The notes below the pieces were generated by a model, which did no database searches, was not told the DNA's origin, and saw only the letters and a program-made list of their open reading frames with translations. A program made the position numbers and the translations under genes. From assembly GCA_002410925.1 (NCBI GenBank), contig DHPR01000033.1, positions 142,397 through 206,396 on the forward strand: a stretch of 64,000 nucleotides of DNA, written 5' to 3'. Position 1 is the first letter of the stretch; each line of letters begins with the position of its first letter. The stretch is from a bacterium UBP13_UBA5359. Lineage in GTDB: Bacteria; UBP13; UBA5359. This document shows, one piece after another, positions 42,311 to 51,967 of this stretch.

Positions 42311-42647
42311 CGTTACTCTCCTGCGGTAATATCAACCTCCGCTGTTCATTATAAAGACGTCGAACTGCCCGCAGGTCCATAATCAGCAGCATTATTATGG
42401 CAAGCACAAATGCCAGCACCACATACCAAATAAAGCATAAGAACCTCTTCTCATTCACCAGAAGTATAGTTCCCAAAGCAACAAAGAATACCAGAATCGT
42501 CAGGACGATAGCGGTAATAACGCGAAGAAATAATAAATGCCTATCTATGCCGCCATTGCTGTAGCGTCGGAATTCAAGAGCAAGCATCAGCAACATTAAT
42601 ATAAAGACGATCCCTCCGATTACCAATGAAGGCAGATATACAGACAT
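42294..42647 (-). CDS. Small membrane protein of unknown function (about 117 aa, 3 predicted TM helices), first ORF downstream of the FMN riboswitch
   Basis: ATG at 42647 lies directly after the riboswitch terminator U-tract. Three hydrophobic segments. The 3' end overlaps the ribD start. No recognisable family. Confidence 0.45.
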   Translation of the reverse strand: MSVYLPSLVIGGIVFILMLLMLALEFRRYSNGGIDRHLLFLRVITAIVLTILVFFVALGTILLVNEKRFLCFIWYVVLAFVLAIIMLLIMDLRAVRRLYNEQRRLILPQESNDDDRC

Positions 42648-42649
42648 AA

Positions 42650-42812
42650 AAAAACCCCCGTTCTCCAGGGGGGCGAAAGGCAAAAGAGAATGACCTTCTA
42701 CCTTCCAGACTTTACTGTCGGCTCCGTAATCACAACGGATCAGTCAAAAGACTCGCGGGCTTTACCGCCGGTCGGGATATGGCCCTGGCCTCACCCTGCC
42801 CTGAAGATCATA
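42650..42812 (-). promoter_or_regulatory. FMN riboswitch (RFN element) with terminator expression platform
   Basis: Minus-strand AUCUUCAGGGCAGGGUGAGG...CCCGACCGGCGGUAAAGCCCGCGAG...GAUCCGUUGUGAUUACGGAGCCGACAGUAAAGUCUGG matches the RFN consensus. Followed by CCCCC...GGGGG UUUUUUU and then AUG. Confidence 0.8.
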
Positions 42813-42818
42813 TTAGGA

Positions 42819-42847
42819 ATGATAGCATATGAGATACTCTAATTCAA
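42819..42847 (-). promoter_or_regulatory. Promoter for the FMN riboswitch / rib operon
   Basis: Minus-strand TTGAAT, 17-nt spacer, TATCAT, about 7 nt before the riboswitch 5' end. Confidence 0.35.
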
Positions 42848-42863
42848 TACAATCGTCTCTACG

Positions 42864-42893
42864 TTGACACCTCTACAGCTCTGCTGGTAAAAT
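42864..42893 (+). promoter_or_regulatory. Promoter for mgtE (divergent from the rib promoter)
   Basis: Plus-strand TTGACA, 18-nt spacer, TAAAAT. Confidence 0.35.
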
Positions 42894-42932
42894 CCACAAG
42901 GACTCAATTGACAGGAAAGCGAGAGCGGCATC

Positions 42933-44264
42933 ATGGCGAAAACAACAGAAAAGGTCCAGTCTTTTATCGAACAGGGCAACTGGCAGGGCCTTCGCGACCT
43001 GCTGGAATCCTTCCCTCCGCCGGAAATAGTGGACCTGCTGCCGGAACTGGATGAAGCAGATAGGGCTATCCTTTTCCGTCTTTTGCACCGGCCGATAGCT
43101 GCCGAAGTCTTTTCCTTCCTGGAGCCTCAGGAGCAGGATGCTCTTTTGAGAGATTTGACCAATGAGGAAACCCGACAACTGCTGGCTAATATGCGCCCGG
43201 ACGATAGAACGCACTTTCTGGAAGAAATGCCCGGCCAGGCTACCCAGCGTCTGATGAACCTGCTAAGCCCTCATGATCTGCAAGAAGCCAGGCAGCTCCT
43301 GGGTTATCCTGAGGAGAGCGTAGGCAGGCTGATGACTCCGGATTATGTAGCTGTCCGCCCGTATTGGACCATTGACCATGCGCTCTCTCATATCCGACTC
43401 AAGGGCAAAGATAGCGAAACTATTTACACTGTTTATGTAGTGGATGCCTCATGGAAACTATTGGGAACGCTGGAGCTGCGTAAGCTTCTTTTGGCTGATC
43501 CAAATGAAATGGCAGAGCAGATTATGAACACCTCTTTTGCCAGTGTCACAGCATTGGATGATCGAGAGGAGGCCGTCAGAGCTATTCAAAAGTATAATCT
43601 TGTAGCTGTTCCGGTAGTCGATTCCAATGGTGTCCTGCTGGGCATTGTTACCGTTGACGACGTTCTTGACGTCTCTCAGAAAGAGGTGACTGAGGACTTT
43701 CACAAAGTCGGCGGTATCACTCCTCTGGAAAGCAGCTACCGGGCCAGCAGCCTGTGGTCTCTTTTCTCCAAGCGTATCGGCTGGCTGGCAGCTCTGGTAG
43801 TCGTCAATCTGGTCTCATCCAGGATCATCGCTTCCTTTGAAGATGTACTGACCAGCACCATCGTTCTGGCCTTTTTTATTCCTCTGCTAATAGATAGCGG
43901 CGGCAATACGGGTGCGCAGGCAGCCACCCTGATGATTCGAGCATTAGCCACCGGTGATATCAATATCAAGCAATGGGGAGCGGTATTCTTCAAAGAAATC
44001 GGTGTGGGCGCCCTGCTGGGCATTACCTTAGGCGCTATGGGTTTTGCGCTGGGGACATTTCACGGGAATACGCAGGTCGGCTGGGTTGTGGGATTAACCA
44101 TGACGAGTATTATCATATGGTCTAATCTGCTGGGCATGTTTCTGCCCTTTTTATTCACGCGCATTAAATTAGATCCGGCGGTGGCCAGCAGCCCCCTGAT
44201 AACAACTCTCGCCGACATAGGCGGGCTGGCGATATATTTTCTTATTGCCTCCTGGATACTTTAG
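42933..44264 (+). CDS. mgtE: Magnesium transporter MgtE
   Basis: N-terminal MgtE_N domain, tandem CBS domains and a 5-TM C-terminal domain with the GNTGAQ motif. Confidence 0.9.
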   Translation: MAKTTEKVQSFIEQGNWQGLRDLLESFPPPEIVDLLPELDEADRAILFRLLHRPIAAEVFSFLEPQEQDALLRDLTNEETRQLLANMRPDDRTHFLEEMPGQATQRLMNLLSPHDLQEARQLLGYPEESVGRLMTPDYVAVRPYWTIDHALSHIRLKGKDSETIYTVYVVDASWKLLGTLELRKLLLADPNEMAEQIMNTSFASVTALDDREEAVRAIQKYNLVAVPVVDSNGVLLGIVTVDDVLDVSQKEVTEDFHKVGGITPLESSYRASSLWSLFSKRIGWLAALVVVNLVSSRIIASFEDVLTSTIVLAFFIPLLIDSGGNTGAQAATLMIRALATGDINIKQWGAVFFKEIGVGALLGITLGAMGFALGTFHGNTQVGWVVGLTMTSIIIWSNLLGMFLPFLFTRIKLDPAVASSPLITTLADIGGLAIYFLIASWIL

Positions 44265-44322
44265 CCGTAACTTCGGCCTGTACCGCAGCAGCCTAACTAT
44301 AACAAAGACTCTTTCTCTTCGT

Positions 44323-44982
44323 TCAGATTCTTTCTCCTCGCAGGGCTTTTATCGCCTCAACCATATCGTCGGCACCAAAGAGGGCGGTTCCAGCAACCAG
44401 CATATCGGCGCCCGCTTCTATCACTCTGGAGGCGGTAGCCATGTTTATACCGCCATCTACTTCCAGCCTTATCTTCCGCCCGGAATAATCGATCATATCT
44501 CTGGCTGCGGCAATCTTAGGTAGCATAGCCTCGATAAATGCCTGCCCGCCATATCCGGGATTGACGGTCATCAGAAGAAGATAATCAGCCTCTTCAAGCG
44601 CATACTTTATAGCCTCCAGAGGAGTAGCCGGATTGAGAGCCACACCTGCCTGAGCACCTGTCTGACGAATCATGCCCAAAGCTTTATGCAAATGAGCAGT
44701 GGCCTCGACATGAAGCGATATCATCCCTGCTCCGGCTTCAGCAAAAGACTCTATCTGCCTTTCCGGAGAAGAAATCATAAGATGAACATCAAAAATAAGG
44801 TCTGTTCTCTTTCTCAATGCCCTGACTACATCTGCCCCGATAGTTATAGGAGGGACAAAAGCTCCATCCATAACGTCGACGTGAATATGTGTTGCTCCCG
44901 CATCTTCAACTCTGGATACCTCACAACCGAGGCAACTGAAATCTGATGCCAGTATAGATGGCAGTATAGTTACATCCCTCAC
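44323..44982 (-). CDS. rpe: Ribulose-phosphate 3-epimerase
   Basis: Full-length Rpe similarity (HVDVMDG, GAD motifs). GTG start overlaps the kinase stop by 1 nt. Confidence 0.9.
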   Translation of the reverse strand: MRDVTILPSILASDFSCLGCEVSRVEDAGATHIHVDVMDGAFVPPITIGADVVRALRKRTDLIFDVHLMISSPERQIESFAEAGAGMISLHVEATAHLHKALGMIRQTGAQAGVALNPATPLEAIKYALEEADYLLLMTVNPGYGGQAFIEAMLPKIAAARDMIDYSGRKIRLEVDGGINMATASRVIEAGADMLVAGTALFGADDMVEAIKALRGERI

Positions 44983-46661
44983 TAAAAAGTCTCCTCTCTC
45001 ACCAGCCGACCGTCCACATATATGTTCACGGATACTTCATCGAAACCGGTAATCTCCTGCTGCACGTTCTCCCCTGGCTGAAAGAATTTATCCAGATAGA
45101 TTCTTTCGCCTTGACTGTCAGTTACCACTACCCGTATTCTGTGGCGCTTGCCGTCATTAGGCACTTTATAATTAACGACTGCACTCTTTTTAACACCGTT
45201 GGCCTCAGAGAACACCTCCTCCTCCGGCTCCGGCCCTTGACTTAAGATGACGGCTATCCGGGATCCTTTGGGCACAATCGATTGTGGCTGCGGTGATTGA
45301 CCGGCCACGTATCCTTTAGGAATAAAAGCATCATATCGCTCTTCCGGCTTGCTTGCCGCCAAACCGGTCTCGGATAAAGCCCGCAATGCACTATTATAGG
45401 GTTTATTATAAAGATCGGGTACCTCCACTGTTTCAATCCCTTTGCTGATAATAACAAAAGCAAGACGATTCTGACGTACGATTCTTCCTGCTACCGGTTC
45501 AGTCGAGAGTACCGTGTCGGCAGCATAAGTATTATCATATTTTTCACCGACTATTTTCATGCGCAGCTTTCGATCTTCAAGAATCTGCTCAGCCTCTTCG
45601 ATGGATTTACCACGAATATCGGGCATAGTGACCTCGGCAGGAAAAATGTTCAACGGCAATTTGCTTATCAAGACAAATAATATCAGAATTAATCCGAAGA
45701 GCAATATAATTTTTCCGGCAGATGACGTACTCTTATGTCTGTTTCCGGTTCGAAGAGCTCTGATATTTCCGGTATACTCTTCCTCGTCATCATCAAAAGC
45801 ATCATTATCCCTGGTGCCATCCGCAATATCGCTCGGCGATGAAGCAAAGGCATCACCGCTAATGAATATATCCCGCAATGCCTTCAGCAATAGCTCTATC
45901 GTACGATAACGTCTGGCCGGCTCTTTATCTAAAAGCCTGTCTATCAATTTATCCAGTTCCTCATCGATCGTGCTTAGATTATAGCGGGGAGAGAGAGGCT
46001 TTTCATGCAAATGATCGTAAGCTATTTTAACGGCGGTATCGCCATGGAAAGGCACCTTGCCGCATATCATCTCGTAGAGATTGACACCGACCATATACAT
46101 ATCCGTGGCTTCGCTCGGCAATTCACCCTTTATCTGCTCGGGTGATGTATAAAGCACACTGGCCATTGTTAGCGGCACAGCACCCCTGGATATTCGAGCA
46201 ACAGCTGTTGCCATGGAGAAATCATTCAGTTTTACCGTGCCTGTAAGATCGTAGTGGATATTACCCGGGACTAGGTGCCCATGCAACAGACCGGTCTTGT
46301 GAGCATATTTCAGCGCCTCGCATATCTGCACACCTGTTCTTACCGCCTCATTGGAAGATAGAGGAAAGCTTCTGCTGTTCTTAACAGTATCAGCCATAAG
46401 CTCCTGCACCAGGTAGTGAGTATCACCATCCCTGTAGGAGGCATATGTATTGGTAATATAAGGATGCGATAGGCCGGCCAGATTTCTGGCTACCCTGTGA
46501 AACTCCTCCACCACGCTTTCAGAAGCCAGTTGCCGATGTAGAATTTTAACGGCTACCTCTCTGTTAAGAAGCGTATCCATCGCTTTATATACGGCCGTTA
46601 TATCACCGGAGCCAATTTCCGCCAGTATTAGATAACGGTCATTCAGCATCTTACCGATCAT
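44982..46661 (-). CDS. PASTA-domain Ser/Thr protein kinase homologue (PrkC/PknB-like) with degenerate catalytic loop; predicted pseudokinase
   Basis: Gly-loop GSGDITAVY and VAVK lysine are present, but the catalytic loop reads HGHLVPGN instead of HRDLKPxN and DFG reads DFS. One TM helix and two extracellular PASTA repeats. Confidence 0.75.
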   Translation of the reverse strand: MIGKMLNDRYLILAEIGSGDITAVYKAMDTLLNREVAVKILHRQLASESVVEEFHRVARNLAGLSHPYITNTYASYRDGDTHYLVQELMADTVKNSRSFPLSSNEAVRTGVQICEALKYAHKTGLLHGHLVPGNIHYDLTGTVKLNDFSMATAVARISRGAVPLTMASVLYTSPEQIKGELPSEATDMYMVGVNLYEMICGKVPFHGDTAVKIAYDHLHEKPLSPRYNLSTIDEELDKLIDRLLDKEPARRYRTIELLLKALRDIFISGDAFASSPSDIADGTRDNDAFDDDEEEYTGNIRALRTGNRHKSTSSAGKIILLFGLILILFVLISKLPLNIFPAEVTMPDIRGKSIEEAEQILEDRKLRMKIVGEKYDNTYAADTVLSTEPVAGRIVRQNRLAFVIISKGIETVEVPDLYNKPYNSALRALSETGLAASKPEERYDAFIPKGYVAGQSPQPQSIVPKGSRIAVILSQGPEPEEEVFSEANGVKKSAVVNYKVPNDGKRHRIRVVVTDSQGERIYLDKFFQPGENVQQEITGFDEVSVNIYVDGRLVREETF

Positions 46662-46818
46662 GACGCAGCTACTCCTATAATAGAAATCAGAAACATCAGC
46701 AGGCTACAGGAGCCTTTATTAATAATAGCTCCGAACCCTTTGTGCTTCTGCAAATTGATGCCTTTAGGCGTCTCTCTCTTTATTTCTTCAGCCACCATTT
46801 CTTATCCTCTTTTTGGTC

Positions 46819-47859
46819 TTATCCAGGCAGCCGGTTACCAAGCCTTTTATCGGCCAGCTGGCCGCAACCGCCGCCAATGGTTGTGCCGCGGCTTCGCCTG
46901 AGGGTGTATATCAAGCCTGCATTATCCAGTGCTTTAGAAAAAGAACTGGCTTCACGTAATCCGGGCTTTCCACCACCGACAGGATTAAGAGGAATAACGT
47001 TGATATGATATTTGAGCCCTTTAAGAAGCCCTGCCAGAGCCCTGATCTGATCCGGACCATCGTTGATACCGGGAATGACGGTATATTCAAATGTTATCCG
47101 GCGCCCGGCTCTGGCCTGATACTCTTTGCAGGCGGAAATGAGAAGGCTAAGGGGATATATCCTGTTTACAGGCATGATGGCGCTGCGCACCTCATCAGTG
47201 GCGGCATGCAGCGAAACGGCCAGGCGTATCTGCATGCTCTCTGCAGCCAGGCGCTCTATTCCGGGTATAATGCCGCAGGTGGATACGGTAATCTGCCTCT
47301 GTGACAAGCCATATCCTTCCGGCGCTGTCAGCAACCGTATGGATCGCATTACGGCTTCATAATTGTAAAAGGGTTCTCCCATCCCCATATATAAAATATT
47401 GTTTATCCTGCGCCCAAGGGCCCTGGCAACAACATAAACCTCTCCCACTATCTCCGGAGCCGTCATATTGCGGCTAAAGCCCATGCCGCCCGTAGCGCAA
47501 AAAGAGCACCCCAGCGAGCATCCGACTTGTGAAGATATACATAAACTGCTACGATTGTTATAATGCATGAGCACAGCTTCTATATTTTTTCCATCAGCAA
47601 GGCGTAAGAGAAACTTTATCGTAGCCTCTTCTCGCGATGCTGTACGTCCGGCAATTACAGGATACCCGATAACGGCCTTCTGCTTAAGAAGAGCTCGCAT
47701 CGCAAGAGATAGTTCGCTAATTTCATCAATGGATAAAGCCATCTTTGCATGCAAGCGTTTGAATATCTGATTCGCTCTGTAAGGCTCCCATCCGAGATCA
47801 GCGACAAAGGTCTGCATCTCCTTCGGAAGCAAAGCAAGAGCATCAGCCTTAGCCGCCAT
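46819..47859 (-). CDS. rlmN: 23S rRNA/tRNA adenine C2-methyltransferase RlmN (radical SAM)
   Basis: GCSLGCSFCATG radical SAM motif and a conserved C-terminal Cys. Confidence 0.9.
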   Translation of the reverse strand: MAAKADALALLPKEMQTFVADLGWEPYRANQIFKRLHAKMALSIDEISELSLAMRALLKQKAVIGYPVIAGRTASREEATIKFLLRLADGKNIEAVLMHYNNRSSLCISSQVGCSLGCSFCATGGMGFSRNMTAPEIVGEVYVVARALGRRINNILYMGMGEPFYNYEAVMRSIRLLTAPEGYGLSQRQITVSTCGIIPGIERLAAESMQIRLAVSLHAATDEVRSAIMPVNRIYPLSLLISACKEYQARAGRRITFEYTVIPGINDGPDQIRALAGLLKGLKYHINVIPLNPVGGGKPGLREASSFSKALDNAGLIYTLRRSRGTTIGGGCGQLADKRLGNRLPG

Positions 47860-49267
47860 TATCAGCCCTCCTTTGCATAGCTGCTAGAAAGAACCCGTCC
47901 GTACCATGCACACCAGGGAGCAGCCGCAAAGCACCTGTGACCATATCGCTGCGCTCTTCGTCAGCAATGGTGATTGTCGATCGTCGGTTGCCGTCCGTTA
48001 GCAGATCCATGTGCAAGCAGGCTGGCAAGCGATCGCTTAAATTTACAGGCATATACTCCCTGTTTGCCGACAGAAAGCTGCTTATGATATCCGAACCTTC
48101 CTCCGGCTCGATGCTGCAGACGCTATAAACCAATACACCGCCAGGGCGGACTGCGCACGCCGCCTCATTGAGAATAGCCCTTTGCAGTTCGGGCAACTCC
48201 TGCAGCTTCTCCGGCAGAAGACGCCATTTTATCTCCGGCTTTCGCCGCAGTGATCCTGTGCCTGTACATGGAGCATCCACCATGACAGCATCAAAGCATT
48301 CATTTATCTTATCTGCAAATTCTCTGGCATCCATCTGAAGCGTGTCAATAATTCCTATGCCAAGACGGATTGCATTGGACTGAAGAAGCTGCAACCGTGC
48401 TGCATTGATATCTACCGAAAGTATTCGTCCTCTATTTGCCATCAATTCGGCAACGTGGGTACTTTTACCCCCGGGAGCGCTGCAGAGATCCAGGACATTC
48501 TGTCCCGACATGGGAGAAAGGGCATGCGCAACACACATAGATGCCTCGTCCTGTGGCTGGAACAGCCCCTCGATATACTCTGGAGTATTCCAGATGCCCG
48601 CTCCTGTTGCCAAATTCAGTGCCTCCGGAAAGAGCCTGCCGGATGATACCTGATAGCCTTTCTCTGCTAAGGAGCGCCTCAATTCTTCTGAGGTCGTCTT
48701 GAGAAGATTTGCTCGCAGCGTAAGCGGCGGCCGTTCGTTATTGGCCTGGCAAATTGATAAAGCAGCGTCAAAACCGTATGTGGTTATCCATCGCTCTACC
48801 ATCCAGGCCGGGTGGCTATGCCGAGCCGACATATAGCCTATCGGATCTTCATGCAAATCCGGCCAGTCGTTATCCTCAATATCGGCTGGAAGATGTCGCA
48901 AAATCGCATTGACCAGGCCTGCGGCTCCCTTATGGGCATACCTCCTGGCCGCTCGAACGGATTCATCCACAGCGGCATAGGCTGGAACGCGCGTGAGAAA
49001 GTATAGTTGATAAATACCTAGGCGAAGAATGTTTTTTATGGGCAGAGTCAGCCTGGCTACAGGGTATCTGGAGTGGCGGTCGATAATATAATCGATCGCC
49101 CCCCTCCAGCGCAGTACTCCATAAAGCAGCTCTGTTGCCAGAGCCGTCTCGACACCCTCACCTGTTCCTGTTTCGGCCAGTGCCCTGCTTAGGGCTATAT
49201 TAGAAAACGCCTGGCGCTTTTCCATCAGCATCAGCGTTCTCAAAGCTAAATCTCTTCCCTTTGCCAA
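47849..49267 (-). CDS. rsmB: 16S rRNA (cytosine967-C5)-methyltransferase with N-terminal NusB-like domain
   Basis: DAPCTGTG and SVCSIEPEE (PC and TC catalytic Cys) motifs. Confidence 0.85.
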   Translation of the reverse strand: MAKGRDLALRTLMLMEKRQAFSNIALSRALAETGTGEGVETALATELLYGVLRWRGAIDYIIDRHSRYPVARLTLPIKNILRLGIYQLYFLTRVPAYAAVDESVRAARRYAHKGAAGLVNAILRHLPADIEDNDWPDLHEDPIGYMSARHSHPAWMVERWITTYGFDAALSICQANNERPPLTLRANLLKTTSEELRRSLAEKGYQVSSGRLFPEALNLATGAGIWNTPEYIEGLFQPQDEASMCVAHALSPMSGQNVLDLCSAPGGKSTHVAELMANRGRILSVDINAARLQLLQSNAIRLGIGIIDTLQMDAREFADKINECFDAVMVDAPCTGTGSLRRKPEIKWRLLPEKLQELPELQRAILNEAACAVRPGGVLVYSVCSIEPEEGSDIISSFLSANREYMPVNLSDRLPACLHMDLLTDGNRRSTITIADEERSDMVTGALRLLPGVHGTDGFFLAAMQRRADNGG

Positions 49268-49274
49268 TGCTCTT

Positions 49275-50102
49275 TTATATCCTCATGTTCTCAAGCCGTT
49301 CGATACGCTTCTCCAGAGGCGGATGCGTGTCGAAAAGACTTGTAACATCCTCTGCGGCGAAAGGCTTCACTATAAAAAGATGTGCTGTGGCCGGATTACC
49401 CTCTATAGGCAGGGCCTTTACACCGTGCTTAAGCTTCCTGAGAGCATCTGCCAAAGCAGAAGGGTCCCCACCTATTCCGGCACCACTCTCATCGGCGGCA
49501 TATTCGCGAGAACGCGAGATGGCCATCTGTATTATCATAGCCGCTAAGGGAGCCAGAATAAGCATCAGGAGAGCACCTATGCCGCCTCCATTCCTGTCAT
49601 CCCGATTGCCGCCAAAAATAAAGGCAAAACGTGAAATCATCATTACAGCTCCGGCCATGGTAGCGGCCACTGTGCCGGTCAGAATATCCCTGTTTTTAAT
49701 ATGTGCCATTTCATGAGCCAGGACACCCTTCAGCTCTCTGGCTGTCAGCAGGTTTCTGATCCCGGTGGTCACAGCTACGGCTGCGTGCTTCGGATTACGC
49801 CCGGTAGCAAATGCATTAGGTGAAGGATTATCCATAACACAAACCTTGGGCATAGGCATACCGGCCGAAAGAGCCAATTCACGAACAATACCGTAAAGCT
49901 CCGGATCACTCTTTTCATCGATCTCAGTAGCGCCGTACATACCGAGAATTATCTTATCACTGAACCAGTAGCTGCCAAAGTTCATCACAGCCGCCAGCAT
50001 AAAGGCCATTATTGCCCCGCTGCTTCCATTCAGATAATCACCAAGGTAAACAAGCAGAAGCGTCATCAGGCCCATCAAAAAAAATGTCTTAACATAGTTC
50101 AA
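49275..50102 (-). CDS. htpX: Zinc metalloprotease HtpX
   Basis: HEMAHIKNRD HExxH motif, about 4 TM helices and an M48-family layout. Confidence 0.85.
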   Translation of the reverse strand: MNYVKTFFLMGLMTLLLVYLGDYLNGSSGAIMAFMLAAVMNFGSYWFSDKIILGMYGATEIDEKSDPELYGIVRELALSAGMPMPKVCVMDNPSPNAFATGRNPKHAAVAVTTGIRNLLTARELKGVLAHEMAHIKNRDILTGTVAATMAGAVMMISRFAFIFGGNRDDRNGGGIGALLMLILAPLAAMIIQMAISRSREYAADESGAGIGGDPSALADALRKLKHGVKALPIEGNPATAHLFIVKPFAAEDVTSLFDTHPPLEKRIERLENMRI

Positions 50103-50140
50103 CTTTGTTACACCTCCAAAGAAATTCTACTACAAATGCA

Positions 50141-51964
50141 TTAAAATAACATAGACGCGACGAATTCTCTTTGAAAGTCCGCATTCAAGGAGAGTTCGAT
50201 ATATTCAACCCTTTGCGCCAATCTTCGGGCTCTGTACCGATCATCCAGGGATGCCAACGCCCTGGCGGCTCCGATCCCGGCGGCATTGCCTACGGATATT
50301 ATTCTCTTCGCATCGATAGCCGGCAAAAGCCCGATCTCCAGTGCACTGCTTTTATTGATATAATTACCGAATGCACCTGCCAGCAGAAGAAGAGAAATAT
50401 CCTTCTCTTCGCATCCAAAATATGTCAAAAGAAGGATAGCTCCGGCCCGGATAGCGGCTTTTGCCAGTTGAACCTCTCTGATGTCTCGCTGAGTAATCCT
50501 TACTCTGCCATCGGCACTATCGCCAAAGAGTATACTGGAAGCGCCATCTTCTTCAGCCAGACGTATGCCTTTGATAGCTCGGCTTCTTTCAAGTGCTTCC
50601 TCTCCGGATACAATGTATCCGGATTCATCGATTAAACCACAACGCTTGAAAATGGCCACGGCATCTATTAATCCCGAACCGCAGAAGCCGGCAGCCTCCG
50701 TTTCACCTATAACCGAACAAAGAACCTTCCCATTCTCGATTCGGACACCGTCAATGGCTCCGGGAACAGCACGCATACCCCGGGATATACGCGCCCCTTC
50801 AAAAGCCGGCCCGGCCGCAGCAGAGCAGGCTATCATCCGGTTACGGTTGCCCAGCACCATCTCGCCGTTAGTGCCGATATCCACAACGAGCTTCAGCTCA
50901 TCGGCTTGATCGATGTCGGTGGCTAGTATAACTCCGACCGTATCCGCACCGACAAAACCGGCAATGTTGGGAAGAGTGAAAACATCGGCTACAGGATTAA
51001 TACTACCTATGTCGGCGCTCGCAGCATCGGCACATACTTCGTCGCTGGCAACGGCTGTATATGGCGCCGTTGCCAGCGCCCGGACATCAAGCCCCCAGAA
51101 GAGATGGCTCATACAGGTATTGCCCACCAAGGCAGCTTCATAAATATTGACTGCCTCAATGCTATGCCGGCCGGTAAGTTCATTTATCAGATCGTTGATC
51201 GTGTTCAATAGCATGCTTTTCAATGCTTGCAATTTTAAATCATCGGAGGCATATTCTATTCGGGATATAACATCTGCTCCATACATTGCCTGAGGATTGG
51301 AAGATGAGGCGGCGTCTACCAACCGCTGCCGATATACATCCAGCAAATAAACCGCTACCGTGGTGGTGCCGATATCTACCGCCACTGCGTAATTGGCATC
51401 AACGGTATTTCCTTTCTCCACCGTTATCACCTTGCCATCACGCAAAACAACCGTTATCTCCTGTGAAGACTTCTGATCGAGAAGACTGTTCAAGCGACGC
51501 AGCGTTTCAATTCCCAACGGCTCTACTTCCGCATGCCCGCTCAATGCATGACGCAAGCGTTCTGTCACTGAGCGCTGCTTCTGCAGGCTGGGAGGCTCTA
51601 TCACTGCCGCCACTTTACTAACGGAAGGCCTGAAAGCCAAATCAATATGACTGTCCTCGGCAAAGAGTTTATGCGTGGCCAGAGTAAGCGTATTCTCACA
51701 GTATACGCGCATATTGCGTTCAGGCCGAAGCCTGCAGGCCAGTCGCACTCCCGCTGACAGGTCATCAGATGACAGCAGCCGCCGTTCCGTCTCATCGGGC
51801 GCAGTCTCACCATGGATAACCCTTACTTTGCATTTACCGCAAACGCCTAACCCGCCGCAGGGTGACTCCATGGCCTTACCGGCATCGATCATGGCTTCCA
51901 TGAGTGTCTCTCCCGAGGTTACCTCTATAACTTCGCCATCAGGCTCCATTATCACTCTGGGCAT
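50141..51964 (-). CDS. ASKHA-domain protein with N-terminal plant-type 2Fe-2S ferredoxin domain (RACo-like, COG3894)
   Basis: N-terminal CGGLGVCGKCKV ferredoxin cysteines followed by a large DUF4445/ASKHA ATPase-like region of about 600 aa. Confidence 0.6.
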   Translation of the reverse strand: MPRVIMEPDGEVIEVTSGETLMEAMIDAGKAMESPCGGLGVCGKCKVRVIHGETAPDETERRLLSSDDLSAGVRLACRLRPERNMRVYCENTLTLATHKLFAEDSHIDLAFRPSVSKVAAVIEPPSLQKQRSVTERLRHALSGHAEVEPLGIETLRRLNSLLDQKSSQEITVVLRDGKVITVEKGNTVDANYAVAVDIGTTTVAVYLLDVYRQRLVDAASSSNPQAMYGADVISRIEYASDDLKLQALKSMLLNTINDLINELTGRHSIEAVNIYEAALVGNTCMSHLFWGLDVRALATAPYTAVASDEVCADAASADIGSINPVADVFTLPNIAGFVGADTVGVILATDIDQADELKLVVDIGTNGEMVLGNRNRMIACSAAAGPAFEGARISRGMRAVPGAIDGVRIENGKVLCSVIGETEAAGFCGSGLIDAVAIFKRCGLIDESGYIVSGEEALERSRAIKGIRLAEEDGASSILFGDSADGRVRITQRDIREVQLAKAAIRAGAILLLTYFGCEEKDISLLLLAGAFGNYINKSSALEIGLLPAIDAKRIISVGNAAGIGAARALASLDDRYRARRLAQRVEYIELSLNADFQREFVASMLF

Positions 51965-51967
51965 CTC

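Noticed and set aside
42648-42683. N-terminal extension MPFAPLENGGFF of ORF 42294..42683
   Set aside because: These codons are the FMN riboswitch terminator hairpin and U-tract. The real start is the ATG at 42647.
42813-42932. Expected an M-box (ykoK) riboswitch upstream of mgtE
   Set aside because: Only about 120 nt are available and none of the conserved M-box segments (GUUAGGUGAGGCUCCUGUAUGGAGAUACGCUG...) is present. The region holds divergent promoters only.
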